Source of the DNA: Burkholderiaceae bacterium
GTDB lineage: Bacteria > Pseudomonadota > Gammaproteobacteria > Burkholderiales > Burkholderiaceae_C
NCBI GenBank assembly: GCA_031253955.1
Contig: JAIRVJ010000126.1
Span: 20,342-84,341 of the forward strand
Length of the DNA stretch: 64,000 nucleotides
Direction: 5' to 3'
The first letter of the stretch is position 1; each line of letters starts with the position of its first letter. Under the pieces are notes generated by a model, which was not told the DNA's origin, made no database searches, and saw only the letters and a program-made list of their open reading frames with translations. The position numbers and the translations under genes are program-made. Below are positions 1 through 9,281 of the stretch, piece by piece.

Positions 1-1020
1 CACCGGCCATCCCTGCAAATGCCGCTGCGCGATTTGCGTCAGCGCGGCAATCCAGGCAGGAGAGTCGTTCAGACAGGGGACGGCGTGCAGTTCGCGTCCG
101 CCGGCGGCCTGAAACGCGGCGCGCGCTTGCAGGCCGATTTCTTCCAGCGTTTCCAGACAATCGCTGACGAAGCCGGGGCACGCCACATCGACCCGGCTCG
201 CGCCCTGCCGCGCCAGCCGCTCCAGCGTGGGCTGCGTGGCCGGTTCCAGCCAGCGGGCGCGGCCCATGCGCGACTGGAAGGCCAGCTGCCAGCGGCTTTC
301 TTCCAATTCCAGGCGCGCGGCCAGCAGGCGGGCGGTCTGGCGGCATTGTTCGGGGTACGGATCGCCCAGCCGGGCGGCGCGCTCGGGCAGGCCGTGAAAG
401 CTCATCACCAGATGGTCCGGCCGGCCATGCTCTTGCCAATAGCCGCGAATGCGCGCGGCCAGCGCTGCGATGTAACCCGCGTCGTCATGAAACTGGTTGA
501 CCAGGCGCAGCTCCGGCAGGCGGCGCTGCCGGGCCGCCCAGGCGCTCACCGCGTCCACCGCGCTGGCCGTGGTGCTGGCGGCGTACTGCGGATACAAAGG
601 CAAAATCAGTATGTGCTGGCAGCCGCGCGCCTTCAATTCGTCCAGCCCGCTGGCGATGGAAGGCTGACCGTAGCGCATGGCCGCGCGCACATGCACTTTG
701 GCTCCAAGCTCGCCAAGATAGCCGCGCAGCAGCACGGCCTGCCGGGCGCTCCACACCGCCAGCGGTGAGCCGTCCGCCGTCCACACCTTGGCGTACTTGG
801 CTGCCGAGCGCGCCGGGCGGGTGCGCAAAATCACCCCGTGCAAAATAAGCAGCCAGAGCAGGCGCGGCCACTCCACCACGCGCGGATCGCTCAAAAATTC
901 GGCCAGATAGTGCCGCACGGCGGCGGTGGCGGGAGCTTGCGGGGTGCCCAGGTTGACCAGCAACACGCCTACACACGGCCCTTGGTCCTGCTCCACCGCC
1001 GGTTCATCCTGAAAACGCAT
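1..1020 (-). CDS. hemH: Ferrochelatase (3' end just outside the window)
   Basis: Manual translation from ATG at 1020: MRFQDE...GVLLVNLGTP...YLAEFLSDPRVVE; near position 1 reads CPGFVSDCLETLEEIG...PCLND. Not in the ORF track because no stop falls in the window. Confidence 0.95.
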   Translation of the reverse strand, partial: MRFQDEPAVEQDQGPCVGVLLVNLGTPQAPATAAVRHYLAEFLSDPRVVEWPRLLWLLILHGVILRTRPARSAAKYAKVWTADGSPLAVWSARQAVLLRGYLGELGAKVHVRAAMRYGQPSIASGLDELKARGCQHILILPLYPQYAASTTASAVDAVSAWAARQRRLPELRLVNQFHDDAGYIAALAARIRGYWQEHGRPDHLVMSFHGLPERAARLGDPYPEQCRQTARLLAARLELEESRWQLAFQSRMGRARWLEPATQPTLERLARQGASRVDVACPGFVSDCLETLEEIGLQARAAFQAAGGRELHAVPCLNDSPAWIAALTQIAQRHLQGWPV

Positions 1021-1129
1021 GGCGCTATTGTGAGGCACACGCGCAATGCTCCACCTTATCCGCAACGACAGCGCGACCGCGCCGGCCCCTGTCTTCAAAG
1101 CTCCTGTCTGTTTCTCCAACTTGCCATGA

Positions 1130-1157
1130 TCGACATATGCAAAACATATGCTATCAT
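1130..1157 (+). promoter_or_regulatory. Putative vapBC promoter with two operator-like boxes
   Basis: TCGACA (1130-35), 16 bp, extended -10 TGcTATCAT (1149-57); ACATATGC at 1133-40 and 1144-51. Confidence 0.55.
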
Positions 1158-1189
1158 GGCGCCATCGCACCAGCCCAAGAGGTTCCGTC

Positions 1190-1426
1190 ATGCGCACCGT
1201 TTCAATTTTCATAAACAACAGAAATCAGGCAGTACGTATTCCGAGAGAACTGGAATTCAAAGGAATTTCCGAGCTGGAAATACTCAAAGAAGGCAATTGC
1301 CTGATTCTTCGTCCGGTGCGTTCGTCGTGGCGTTCGCTGCTTGACGAGCCGAAAGCGGATGCGGATTTTTTGACAGAGCGCCCTGCCGTCATTGATGAAA
1401 CCCGCTTCCTGAAAGGCTTTGAATGA
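1190..1426 (+). CDS. vapB: VapB antitoxin (AbrB/MazE-type)
   Basis: MRTVSIF...NQAVRIPRELEF...LILRPVRSSW; ATGA overlap with a PIN toxin gene. Confidence 0.9.
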   Translation: MRTVSIFINNRNQAVRIPRELEFKGISELEILKEGNCLILRPVRSSWRSLLDEPKADADFLTERPAVIDETRFLKGFE

Positions 1427-1839
1427 AAGCCTACATGCTGGACACAAATATTTGTTCTTTTATCATGCGGGAACATTCGGCGTCGGTTATCCAGCATCTT
1501 GAAGCGGCCGTGAAAGCTCGGTTCAGGATCGTTATTTCAGCCATCACCTACGCTGAAATGCGCTATGGAGCGGCCAGCCCCAAGGCACCGAAAAAAATAG
1601 AAAGCATGGTCAGCAGTTTCATAAATCGCCTCGATGACATTTTGCCGTGGAATGCCGAGGCGGTGGATATGAGCGTGCAAATCCGCAAAGAGCTGGCCCG
1701 CCGGGGAACGCCCATCGGCGAAAATGATGCGGCCATTGCAGGCCACGCCCTGTCTGCAAACTGCATCCTGGTGACCAACAATACACGGGAGTTTGCCAGG
1801 GTGGACGGCCTTCAGATCGTGGACTGGCGGAATGGCTGA
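1423..1839 (+). CDS. vapC: VapC PIN-domain toxin
   Basis: YMLDTNICSFIM, ISAITYAE, GENDAAIAGHA, LVTNNTREF. Confidence 0.93.
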   Translation: MKAYMLDTNICSFIMREHSASVIQHLEAAVKARFRIVISAITYAEMRYGAASPKAPKKIESMVSSFINRLDDILPWNAEAVDMSVQIRKELARRGTPIGENDAAIAGHALSANCILVTNNTREFARVDGLQIVDWRNG

Positions 1840-1906
1840 ACACTTTCGCCCCGCAAAAATCTTATCCGCCCGCTGAAAATCAGTTTCATCTGCGCTATCC
1901 GCCGAC

Positions 1907-2773
1907 ATGCCGCCCGAACTGACCGCCTCTTTCCAATCCCTGCAACAGATGAGCCGCGCCTTCGCCGCCCTGCTGCCCAATTTGATCATCGCCGCGCTGG
2001 TGCTGCTGCTGATGCACGTGGCCGCCCTCGGCGCTGACCGGGGCGTGCGGCGTATCGCCGAAAAAACCGACCGGCCCACCAAGGTGGCGCTGGTGCTGGG
2101 GCGGCTGGCGCGCTGGGCCGTGATGGTGCTGGGTCTGCTGGTGGCCGCCACCATCGCCGTGCCGTCCTTTCATGCCAGCGCGCTGCTGGGCGCGCTGGGT
2201 ATTGGCGGCGTGGCCATCGGCTTTGCCTTCAAGGACATTTTCCAGAACCTGGCCGCCGGCCTGCTGCTGCTGCTCACGCGCCCGTTTCACATCGGCGATG
2301 TGATCGTCAGCGACCCGCACGAAGGCACGGTGGAAGACATCCAGATGCGCGCCACGCTGGTGCGCGCCTACGACAACCGGCTGATCGTCATCCCCAACAG
2401 CGATCTGTACACCGCCCGCGTGATCGTGCTCACCTCCAAACCCACGCGGCGCGGCGAAGTGACGCTAGGCATCGGCCACGGCGCGGATATCGAGCAGGTC
2501 AAGCAAATCATCACAGGGGCCATCGCCGATCTGCCGCAACTGGAGCGCGAACCGGCGCCCGGCGTGTATGCCACCGGGCTAAACCCGTCCAGCATCATGC
2601 TGTCGGTGCGCTTCTGGATCGACACCGCCGGCGGCAGCGCCCGCAACATGGTGACCGCCACCGACGCGGTCATCGTCGCCGTCAAAAACGCGCTGGACGC
2701 GGCGCACATCGAGATCGCCTACCCCACCCACGTCATGCTGCGCAACCCGCAGACCGGCGGTCAGCCGGACTGA
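1907..2773 (+). CDS. Small-conductance mechanosensitive channel family protein
   Basis: Three TM segments, GFAFKDIFQNLAAG, PFHIGDVI, IPNS, EIAYPT. Confidence 0.88.
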   Translation: MPPELTASFQSLQQMSRAFAALLPNLIIAALVLLLMHVAALGADRGVRRIAEKTDRPTKVALVLGRLARWAVMVLGLLVAATIAVPSFHASALLGALGIGGVAIGFAFKDIFQNLAAGLLLLLTRPFHIGDVIVSDPHEGTVEDIQMRATLVRAYDNRLIVIPNSDLYTARVIVLTSKPTRRGEVTLGIGHGADIEQVKQIITGAIADLPQLEREPAPGVYATGLNPSSIMLSVRFWIDTAGGSARNMVTATDAVIVAVKNALDAAHIEIAYPTHVMLRNPQTGGQPD

Positions 2774-2880
2774 AAGCCACCGCATTTCAGAACAAAACAG
2801 CCTGAACACCTTGTTATATAAGGGTTGCAAGCTATCAACAACGTAGCAACCGAGCGATGGATCGTTTGGACGCAAAATTT

Positions 2881-3043
2881 GGGAACTGCATACTTGACTT
2901 TTCCATCGTCATTCCCGCGAAGGCGGGAATCCATCGAGGTTGGGTTTCGGCTCATGGGTTCCTATAAAAGGTGACGCTCATGGATTCCCGCCTACGCGGG
3001 AATGACGGAAAAGAATGCAGGGAAAGTCAAGTATGTAGTTCCC
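2881..3043. repeat. Family A REP doublet with outer inverted repeats (spacer class 1)
   Basis: GTCATTCCCGCGAAGGCGGGAATCCA 2908-2933 and inverted copy 2981-3006; outer IR GGGAACTRCATACTTGACTTT at 2881 and ending 3043. Confidence 0.9.
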
Positions 3044-3060
3044 AAAAATTGCACCGTGCA

Positions 3061-3816
3061 TCAAGCGAATAACTCTTTTTCGATCCGCATCATGTATTTG
3101 TTTGTATAGAAAAGATCCGGTTCATGCCTGGATGGGCGAACCAGAATGCGGAAATCTGGATTAGCCGGCTTTGTTGCGTCAAAGGTGACGAGACCGATAC
3201 CGAAGATTTGGCAAAGTGAATCCAGCCGTGAAATTTCATCATCAGCTGACTGCCCAGGCACTACCAAATAAGCCTTGTGACTGAACAGCTTATAGGCGCA
3301 AGCTTGGCCGAATGCAGTGATGAGTTGATTGGAATCGGTTTTTATTTCGGCCGAGACGATCTCGGTTGGCCCCTTGATAACATCGCTGCGCCGGGACTCT
3401 TTTTTGCCGACAACATCCGGCGTGCCCCATTTGTCCTTGAATATATTACCGCCCAAGGGAATAGCGTGGGTCACATCCTCAATTTCATTTTTCAGCCAAT
3501 CGGCGAACGGGGCATAGAAATCTTCTTCCTTGATCTTGCTAGCCGCCAGCGCCAAAGATCCTGGCGTCGCTGGCGCGCCCTGCTCTTGATTCTTGAACGC
3601 CAGCAACCTGAACAGGCCCTTGGACGGTTTATAAACCTTGTCAGGAAACGCAATCTCCAGATTCCAGATCGAGCCATTGATGGTATTGCCATTAAAGGCG
3701 GGATCGAACTCCTGGATTTTATTGCGCAGCTCTGAATAACGAAGCCCTTCAGGATGCTGCTGCAACAGCTCGAATGCCTTGTCTTTGATCCGCTCTGTCA
3801 CTTTCTTCGATTGCAT
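3061..3816 (-). CDS. Putative N-terminal HTH plus C-terminal PD-(D/E)xK nuclease-like protein
   Basis: ATG at 3816 after AAGGAGAG, 14 bp downstream of res; GTPDVVG...SAEIK...FGQACAY motifs. Function inferred. Confidence 0.7.
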   Translation of the reverse strand: MQSKKVTERIKDKAFELLQQHPEGLRYSELRNKIQEFDPAFNGNTINGSIWNLEIAFPDKVYKPSKGLFRLLAFKNQEQGAPATPGSLALAASKIKEEDFYAPFADWLKNEIEDVTHAIPLGGNIFKDKWGTPDVVGKKESRRSDVIKGPTEIVSAEIKTDSNQLITAFGQACAYKLFSHKAYLVVPGQSADDEISRLDSLCQIFGIGLVTFDATKPANPDFRILVRPSRHEPDLFYTNKYMMRIEKELFA

Positions 3817-3830
3817 ATTGCCTCTCCTTT

Positions 3831-6539
3831 TCACGCCAGCTTGTCTGCGATCTGCCTGAACACATTGCGCCCCTGATCGTCGCGCTTGACGGCAAACAGG
3901 AACAGGCAGCGTCCGCCGCTTGTTTGTTCCCATTGATGCCCAACCTGCTGCTTCTCGCGCGAGTCATCGTTGGTCTTGTAAGGCTCTCCTTTGTATTCGA
4001 CAACCAGAACCCGGTCATCTTCCAGTTCGGCCACGAAATCAGGGTAAAAATAGTCGGTAGATGTCGGCAACCAGAACGAGAATTTCTCCTGCCGTTCAAT
4101 GTTGCGCACCCACCGCTTGACCTTGGGGCAACCTTCAATCGCCGTTGCACAAATGAATTCTTCGGAGTCCTGGCCCGCCTGTGTTTTCTCGCGCAGGTCG
4201 TGGATGACCGGATAGAAGTGCTTCTTGAACTCAAAGCCGCCCTGGTAAGGTTGCCGCGCCGGATATTGACCCGGTCGGAAGTGGAAGCTGTAATGCGCCA
4301 CTTGTTCCACCGTCGGCACTGCCATATCAACTAACCGCAACTGGAAACCCTTGGCCATCGCTATCTGGCGCAGTCTGGCGATTTCCTGCCGCAAGGCCTG
4401 CGCCAATTGAAACTTGGCCCGCACCAGCGCCGTCAGCGACAAGCCACGATCCGCCGTAAGGTGCGTCACCATCTTGACCAGATAGGCCTGCATCTGATTC
4501 TGGCCGATGTCGGTCTGACGCAATTCACCGTCGAGCCACCGCACCAGATCCTGCTGGCTGATTTGACTGTTCACCTCGTTCAGATGAAGTTGCTGCGCAT
4601 CGATGTGACGGTACTTGACTTTCTCGCCGTTCACGTCGATCTCGAAGGTGTTGACAGTCTCGGTAATGTCGAAGCGGGCAAGTTGCACCGGTTGATCCAG
4701 CAAGTTCCAATCGCCCAGGCTGGACAGCGTCTCGCGCTCCACGACTTCCAGATATCCGTCCAGTTCCAGACAAAGCTGCGGAACCGGCGCGAAGCTCAAG
4801 CCGAGTTGGGCCGGCGCCCGCATGGCCTGCCGGATGGCGCGGTGAGCATCGAATTGTTCTTTGACCTTGGCGCGTTCCTTGGGCGGCAGTGCCTGGCTGA
4901 TGCACGCTTCAGCCTGTTGCAGTGTTTCGCTGCTGACATCGCCGGACAGCAGCGCCGTCGCGCCCTGGCTGGTTTGCCTGATCCGCACCACGGCTTTGAT
5001 CTGGGCGGGCCAGTGCTCAGTATCGGGCGCGGCAGGCAGATCAATGTGGCAATCCGGCAGCGGCGCGGACGTAGCGGCAGCGCCTGCTTGTGGGCTGGAT
5101 GAAGCGGCTGCCTCGCCTCCTCCTGCCAGAGGCAGGAGCTGCTGGGGCACGATCATCGTGGCCGTTTCCAGCTTTTCAAAGCCCATGTTCTGAACCATGC
5201 GGTCCTTCAACGCCGCCGCCGCCTGCGCGAAGTTCTCCGCGACGATGTGGGCATAGGCGCGGTTCAACTCCCCCTGGGTGCGGTTGCGGGCATAAGGCAT
5301 CCGCAGCACGCGGCCCAGCAACTGCTCTACATCCTTGGCCGATTTCACCGATTGCAGGCTGGCCAGCACGTAGGCAAACGAGCAGTCCCAGCCCTCCTTC
5401 AAAGCTTCAACCGTGATGACGAAGCGGATGGGACAAGCCGGATCGAACAGATTGATGCCGTCCAGTTCCTTTTGCGCACCGGTAGCCACGGCAATCTGGT
5501 TTTCAGGTATCCGTTCCTGCACGATCAAGTGCTGGCGCACGGCTTCAACCACAGCCTCGCCGCCCTTGGGCTGGGCTTGCACCAGCACGATGGGGCGCAT
5601 GTAATCCGGCTCTTTCTGTGCCAGCAGTTCCAGGCCAGCGCGGTGGAGCGCCGCGTCGCGCAAGCACTCGCGCCAGCCTTGGGGATGCTCGGCCAGCACG
5701 ATGGGCAGTTTGATCATCTGCTCGGCCTTCAACTCCGTCGCGGCCACGTGATACAGCACGTTGTTGCCGGGAACTGGCGTGGCCGTCAATTCGATGATGC
5801 AGCCTGGATTCACACGCCCCAGTGTTTTAAAAAAGCGGTCGGTGCGGTTGTTGTGGGCTTCATCCACAATCACAATGGGGCGTTGCAAGTGCAGCCAGTT
5901 TGCCACTGAATACTTCACGCGCCCGAGGTCTTTGGCCGTCAGATAGGATTGCGCCGCCAAGTCGCTTTCGCCAACCGTCTCCAAGCCCGGCGTCAGGTAC
6001 GGCGGCAAACCGTCGAAGTGCGGCGCCAGTTCCTCGAAAAACGAATAGACGTTGCGTTTGGCGGTGTCCGTAACGTTGAACGCCTGAATGGTGGCAACCA
6101 CCACGATGGCGGCCTTGCCCACATCGTGCGGGCTGATGGTCTGCAAACTCTCCAGATCGCACACCCGCACCCGATCCCCAAAATAATGCGCCAGGGCCTG
6201 CCGGTACGGATGCCGGGCGTTGTCCAAAGCCTCGATGGTCTGCGCCCGCACCGTATCCGAGGGCGTAAGCCACAGAGCTACAGGGGCGTCGGTATCCAGC
6301 GCCGTCTTGCCGGCCAGCGCCACCGCGTGTGCAGCCATGATGGTTTTGCCGCCGCCCGTGGGCACCCGCAGACAGACCGCTGGCGTATCGCCAAACAGGG
6401 CTTGATACGGCTCGCCGGCGCGCCCTTGCCGGACCAGCAATGCAGCATAAGCTTCGGCCACGGGCTTGCTGCGGCAAGCGGTCAGGAACTCCGCCAAGAT
6501 CTCCAGCGCGGTCTGCTGATAGGTCTTCAAGGTCAACAT
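3831..6539 (-). CDS. res: Type III restriction enzyme Res subunit (SF2 helicase plus nuclease)
   Basis: VPTGGGKT, DEAH, ALKEGWD, QLLGRVLR, C-terminal YPDFV...VEYKG; directly downstream of mod. Confidence 0.9.
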   Translation of the reverse strand: MLTLKTYQQTALEILAEFLTACRSKPVAEAYAALLVRQGRAGEPYQALFGDTPAVCLRVPTGGGKTIMAAHAVALAGKTALDTDAPVALWLTPSDTVRAQTIEALDNARHPYRQALAHYFGDRVRVCDLESLQTISPHDVGKAAIVVVATIQAFNVTDTAKRNVYSFFEELAPHFDGLPPYLTPGLETVGESDLAAQSYLTAKDLGRVKYSVANWLHLQRPIVIVDEAHNNRTDRFFKTLGRVNPGCIIELTATPVPGNNVLYHVAATELKAEQMIKLPIVLAEHPQGWRECLRDAALHRAGLELLAQKEPDYMRPIVLVQAQPKGGEAVVEAVRQHLIVQERIPENQIAVATGAQKELDGINLFDPACPIRFVITVEALKEGWDCSFAYVLASLQSVKSAKDVEQLLGRVLRMPYARNRTQGELNRAYAHIVAENFAQAAAALKDRMVQNMGFEKLETATMIVPQQLLPLAGGGEAAASSSPQAGAAATSAPLPDCHIDLPAAPDTEHWPAQIKAVVRIRQTSQGATALLSGDVSSETLQQAEACISQALPPKERAKVKEQFDAHRAIRQAMRAPAQLGLSFAPVPQLCLELDGYLEVVERETLSSLGDWNLLDQPVQLARFDITETVNTFEIDVNGEKVKYRHIDAQQLHLNEVNSQISQQDLVRWLDGELRQTDIGQNQMQAYLVKMVTHLTADRGLSLTALVRAKFQLAQALRQEIARLRQIAMAKGFQLRLVDMAVPTVEQVAHYSFHFRPGQYPARQPYQGGFEFKKHFYPVIHDLREKTQAGQDSEEFICATAIEGCPKVKRWVRNIERQEKFSFWLPTSTDYFYPDFVAELEDDRVLVVEYKGEPYKTNDDSREKQQVGHQWEQTSGGRCLFLFAVKRDDQGRNVFRQIADKLA

Positions 6540-6560
6540 CTTCTTTTTCTCTCCCTGGAT

Positions 6561-8096
6561 TCAGCGCATCTTGATGTCGTAGGGCATCTGCTTGAACGTG
6601 ATGCCCTCCGCCGCCAGCCGCGCCGCGCCTAAGCGCGACACCTCGCCATAAACCACGCGCCGCCCCTCGTGCGGCAACACCGTCTTGATGGCTTGCAGCA
6701 CCTGATGCGTGAGCACATTTCCGCCCGCTGGCCTGCGGTCACCCAGAATGCCGTTGAACAGCAGGTAATAGGCAATGCCGTTGTGCACGCCCAGCAGCGG
6801 CGAATCGAAAACCTGGCGGCCCGGCTCGCCGGTCTCGAAGTGCCAGAGATAGGCAGCCAAGGTAGCGAACTTCACTTGGCTATTGATGCGGCCATCGGCG
6901 TCAAAAGCCGCGTTGCCCAGCGTGCAAAAACGAAAGCCCCCGCCGCCATGCCAGTCAACAGCTTGACTGATGCCGCCCTGCTCGCCTTCAATCACTTTTT
7001 GCAAACGCGGCAGGCAATGGGTGCGAGCATGATCGCCCATTTCGATGCCGATGTAGCGGCGGCCCATTTTGTGAGCAACGGCGGCGGTGGTGCCGGAACC
7101 AAGAAATGAATCAAGAACGAGATCATCAGGGTTGGTGGAAATCTGCATAACCGTTTGAATTAATCGTTCAGGTTTTGGAGTAGAAAATTTGTCCACTCCA
7201 AAAAGCGCCAGCATTTCTTTAGCAGCTTCTTGGGTATGCCCTGCAAGGGTATGTTTCCAAAACGACATAGGCATCATGCCTTGTTGAATTTCAGAAAAAA
7301 AATTCTTTAGACGAGGTACCGATTGAGTCCCCTTTGCACCCCACCAAATCCGGTTCTCACGAACATTTCGCTCATGTATTTCTCTGGACATTGCCCAAAC
7401 ACGAGTTCTCTTCGGCCATATTTCTTCCCCAGTTTTAGGTTGAAGGATTGAGTAAAAAAGATTTGGGCGCTCATCAGCAGTGTAACGGCATGTATAATCC
7501 ATTGATTGCCATGGGCCGCGAAAATCATCATCTGGATTTTTATAACGACCAGATTGATCTTCTGTCAATGGTAATAATTTTCTAACAAATATTGATGTTT
7601 TTCTATACACTAAAATATGATCATGAACGTAACCAAAATCTTTCGTATCTGGTGGTGGAGAAAATCTTTTCTCCCAAGCAATATCACATAAAAAGTTTAC
7701 CCGCCCAAACACCTCATCACACAACACCTTCAGATACTGTGCCTCATTATCGTCAATAGTGATCCAAACACTCCCATCTTCAGCCAGCAAATCGCGCAGC
7801 AAAACCAGTCTGGGATACATCATTGACAGCCATTGGCTGTGTTCGAGCTTGTCGTCGTAGTGCTCGAAGGCGCTTTGCGTGTTATAGGGCGGGTCGATAA
7901 AGACGCACTTGACCTGCCCGGCGTAAAACGGAATCAGCGCCTTTAGCGCCAGCAGGTTGTCGCCCTGAATCAGCAGGTTGCCGGCATTCCCGCCGCTTAC
8001 ATCGCCATGCGACGCCTCATGCTTGAGCAAGTGGTAGGGAACTGTCCTAGCGGCCCCCTTGGCCTGGTTCTTGTTCACCCAGTCGAGAAACGGCAT
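6561..8096 (-). CDS. mod: Type III DNA adenine methyltransferase Mod (beta class)
   Basis: IDPPYN (motif IV), then a variable region, then DSFLGSGTT (motif I); TPKPERL. Confidence 0.9.
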   Translation of the reverse strand: MPFLDWVNKNQAKGAARTVPYHLLKHEASHGDVSGGNAGNLLIQGDNLLALKALIPFYAGQVKCVFIDPPYNTQSAFEHYDDKLEHSQWLSMMYPRLVLLRDLLAEDGSVWITIDDNEAQYLKVLCDEVFGRVNFLCDIAWEKRFSPPPDTKDFGYVHDHILVYRKTSIFVRKLLPLTEDQSGRYKNPDDDFRGPWQSMDYTCRYTADERPNLFYSILQPKTGEEIWPKRTRVWAMSREIHERNVRENRIWWGAKGTQSVPRLKNFFSEIQQGMMPMSFWKHTLAGHTQEAAKEMLALFGVDKFSTPKPERLIQTVMQISTNPDDLVLDSFLGSGTTAAVAHKMGRRYIGIEMGDHARTHCLPRLQKVIEGEQGGISQAVDWHGGGGFRFCTLGNAAFDADGRINSQVKFATLAAYLWHFETGEPGRQVFDSPLLGVHNGIAYYLLFNGILGDRRPAGGNVLTHQVLQAIKTVLPHEGRRVVYGEVSRLGAARLAAEGITFKQMPYDIKMR

Positions 8097-8354
8097 GGCT
8101 TGTTCTTGTCCTTCACGATTGATCGGTAATTTTGCCTGTCAGTCCCAACAAAATTTCCAGCTATTTTGCCCTGATTGCTGTCGCCTCGATGATGCACGCA
8201 TTGGCAGCCGATCTGCGGGCGATCAAAATGGAATCCGCTCATGGGCCGAGTGTGCTGCTGCGGTGTTGGTTCTTATTTTAAGCTTTTTTGGCCGTTATTC
8301 CAGGCCCATTTTTGGGTGTCAGCTCCTTTTTACATAGCAACCAGCAGAGGTTTT

Positions 8355-9281
8355 TCACCCTCGCGGATGATGCTTTGCATGCAGTACCTTCAGCCGCTCG
8401 CGGGCGATGTGGGTGTAGATGGTGGTGGTGGAAATGTCGGCGTGGCCCAGCAGCATTTGCACGGCGCGCAAATCGGCGCCGTGGTTGAGCAGGTGGGTGG
8501 CAAAGGCGTGGCGCAGTGTGTGGGGCGAAAGCGGCGTGCGCACGCCGGCCTGGAGCGCGTAGCGTTTGACCAGTTGCCAGAACATCACGCGCGACATGGC
8601 GGTGCCGGGTTTGCGCCCGGCGCTGGTGACAAACAAATCTTGCGTCTGGCGCGCACCGAGCAGGGCCGGGCGGCTTTCGGCAAGGTAGCGTTCGAGCCAG
8701 TCGCCGGCCTGCTCGCCGAAGGGCGTCAGGCGCTCTTTGCGGCCTTTGCCGAGCACGCGCAGCACGCCTTCGGCCTGGCCGAGGTGGAAGATTTTGAGCG
8801 TGACCAGCTCGCTCACGCGCAGGCCGCTGGCGTACATCAGCTCCAGCATGGCGCGGTCGCGCAGGCCCAGCGGGGTGTTGGTGTCGGGCGCGTCCAACAG
8901 GGCGTCCACCTGCGCCTCGGAAAGCGTTTTGGGCACGCGCAGCGGCTGTTTGGCGGTGAGCAGGCGCAGCGTGGGATCGGCGGGCAGCAGGCGCTCGCGC
9001 AGCGCCCAGCGGAAGTAGCGTTTGAACACGGTGAGCCGGCGGTTGGCCGATGTGGCCTTGCCAGCCGCGCGGGCGGCAAAGTAGGCTTGCAGGTGGCGCT
9101 CTTGCGTTTGTGGCAGCGCTAGGCCGTGCTCGGTGCGCAGCCAGACAGCGTACAGCTGCAAGTCGCGCCGGTAGGCAGCCAGGGTGTTGGGGGCCAGGCC
9201 ATCTTCCAGCCACAGGGCGTCGATGAAAGGGTCGATCAGCGCATCGGCCCCGGCGGTCGGCGGCGTTCCAGTCCGGCTCAT
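8355..9281 (-). CDS. xerD: Site-specific tyrosine recombinase XerD
   Basis: LYASGLRVSEL, GKGRKER, SPHTLRHAFATHLL, LLGHADISTTTIYTH, HHPRG C-terminus. Confidence 0.95.
   Translation of the reverse strand: MSRTGTPPTAGADALIDPFIDALWLEDGLAPNTLAAYRRDLQLYAVWLRTEHGLALPQTQERHLQAYFAARAAGKATSANRRLTVFKRYFRWALRERLLPADPTLRLLTAKQPLRVPKTLSEAQVDALLDAPDTNTPLGLRDRAMLELMYASGLRVSELVTLKIFHLGQAEGVLRVLGKGRKERLTPFGEQAGDWLERYLAESRPALLGARQTQDLFVTSAGRKPGTAMSRVMFWQLVKRYALQAGVRTPLSPHTLRHAFATHLLNHGADLRAVQMLLGHADISTTTIYTHIARERLKVLHAKHHPRG

Noticed and set aside
7900-8100. Phase-variable simple-sequence tract in mod
   Set aside because: No homopolymer or short tandem tract is visible in the 5' coding region or upstream.
8355-9281. 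Tyrosine recombinase as the integrase of the adjacent defence island
   Set aside because: Sequence, GC content and overlap with the bug gene fit housekeeping XerD; I found no dif-like or att pair.
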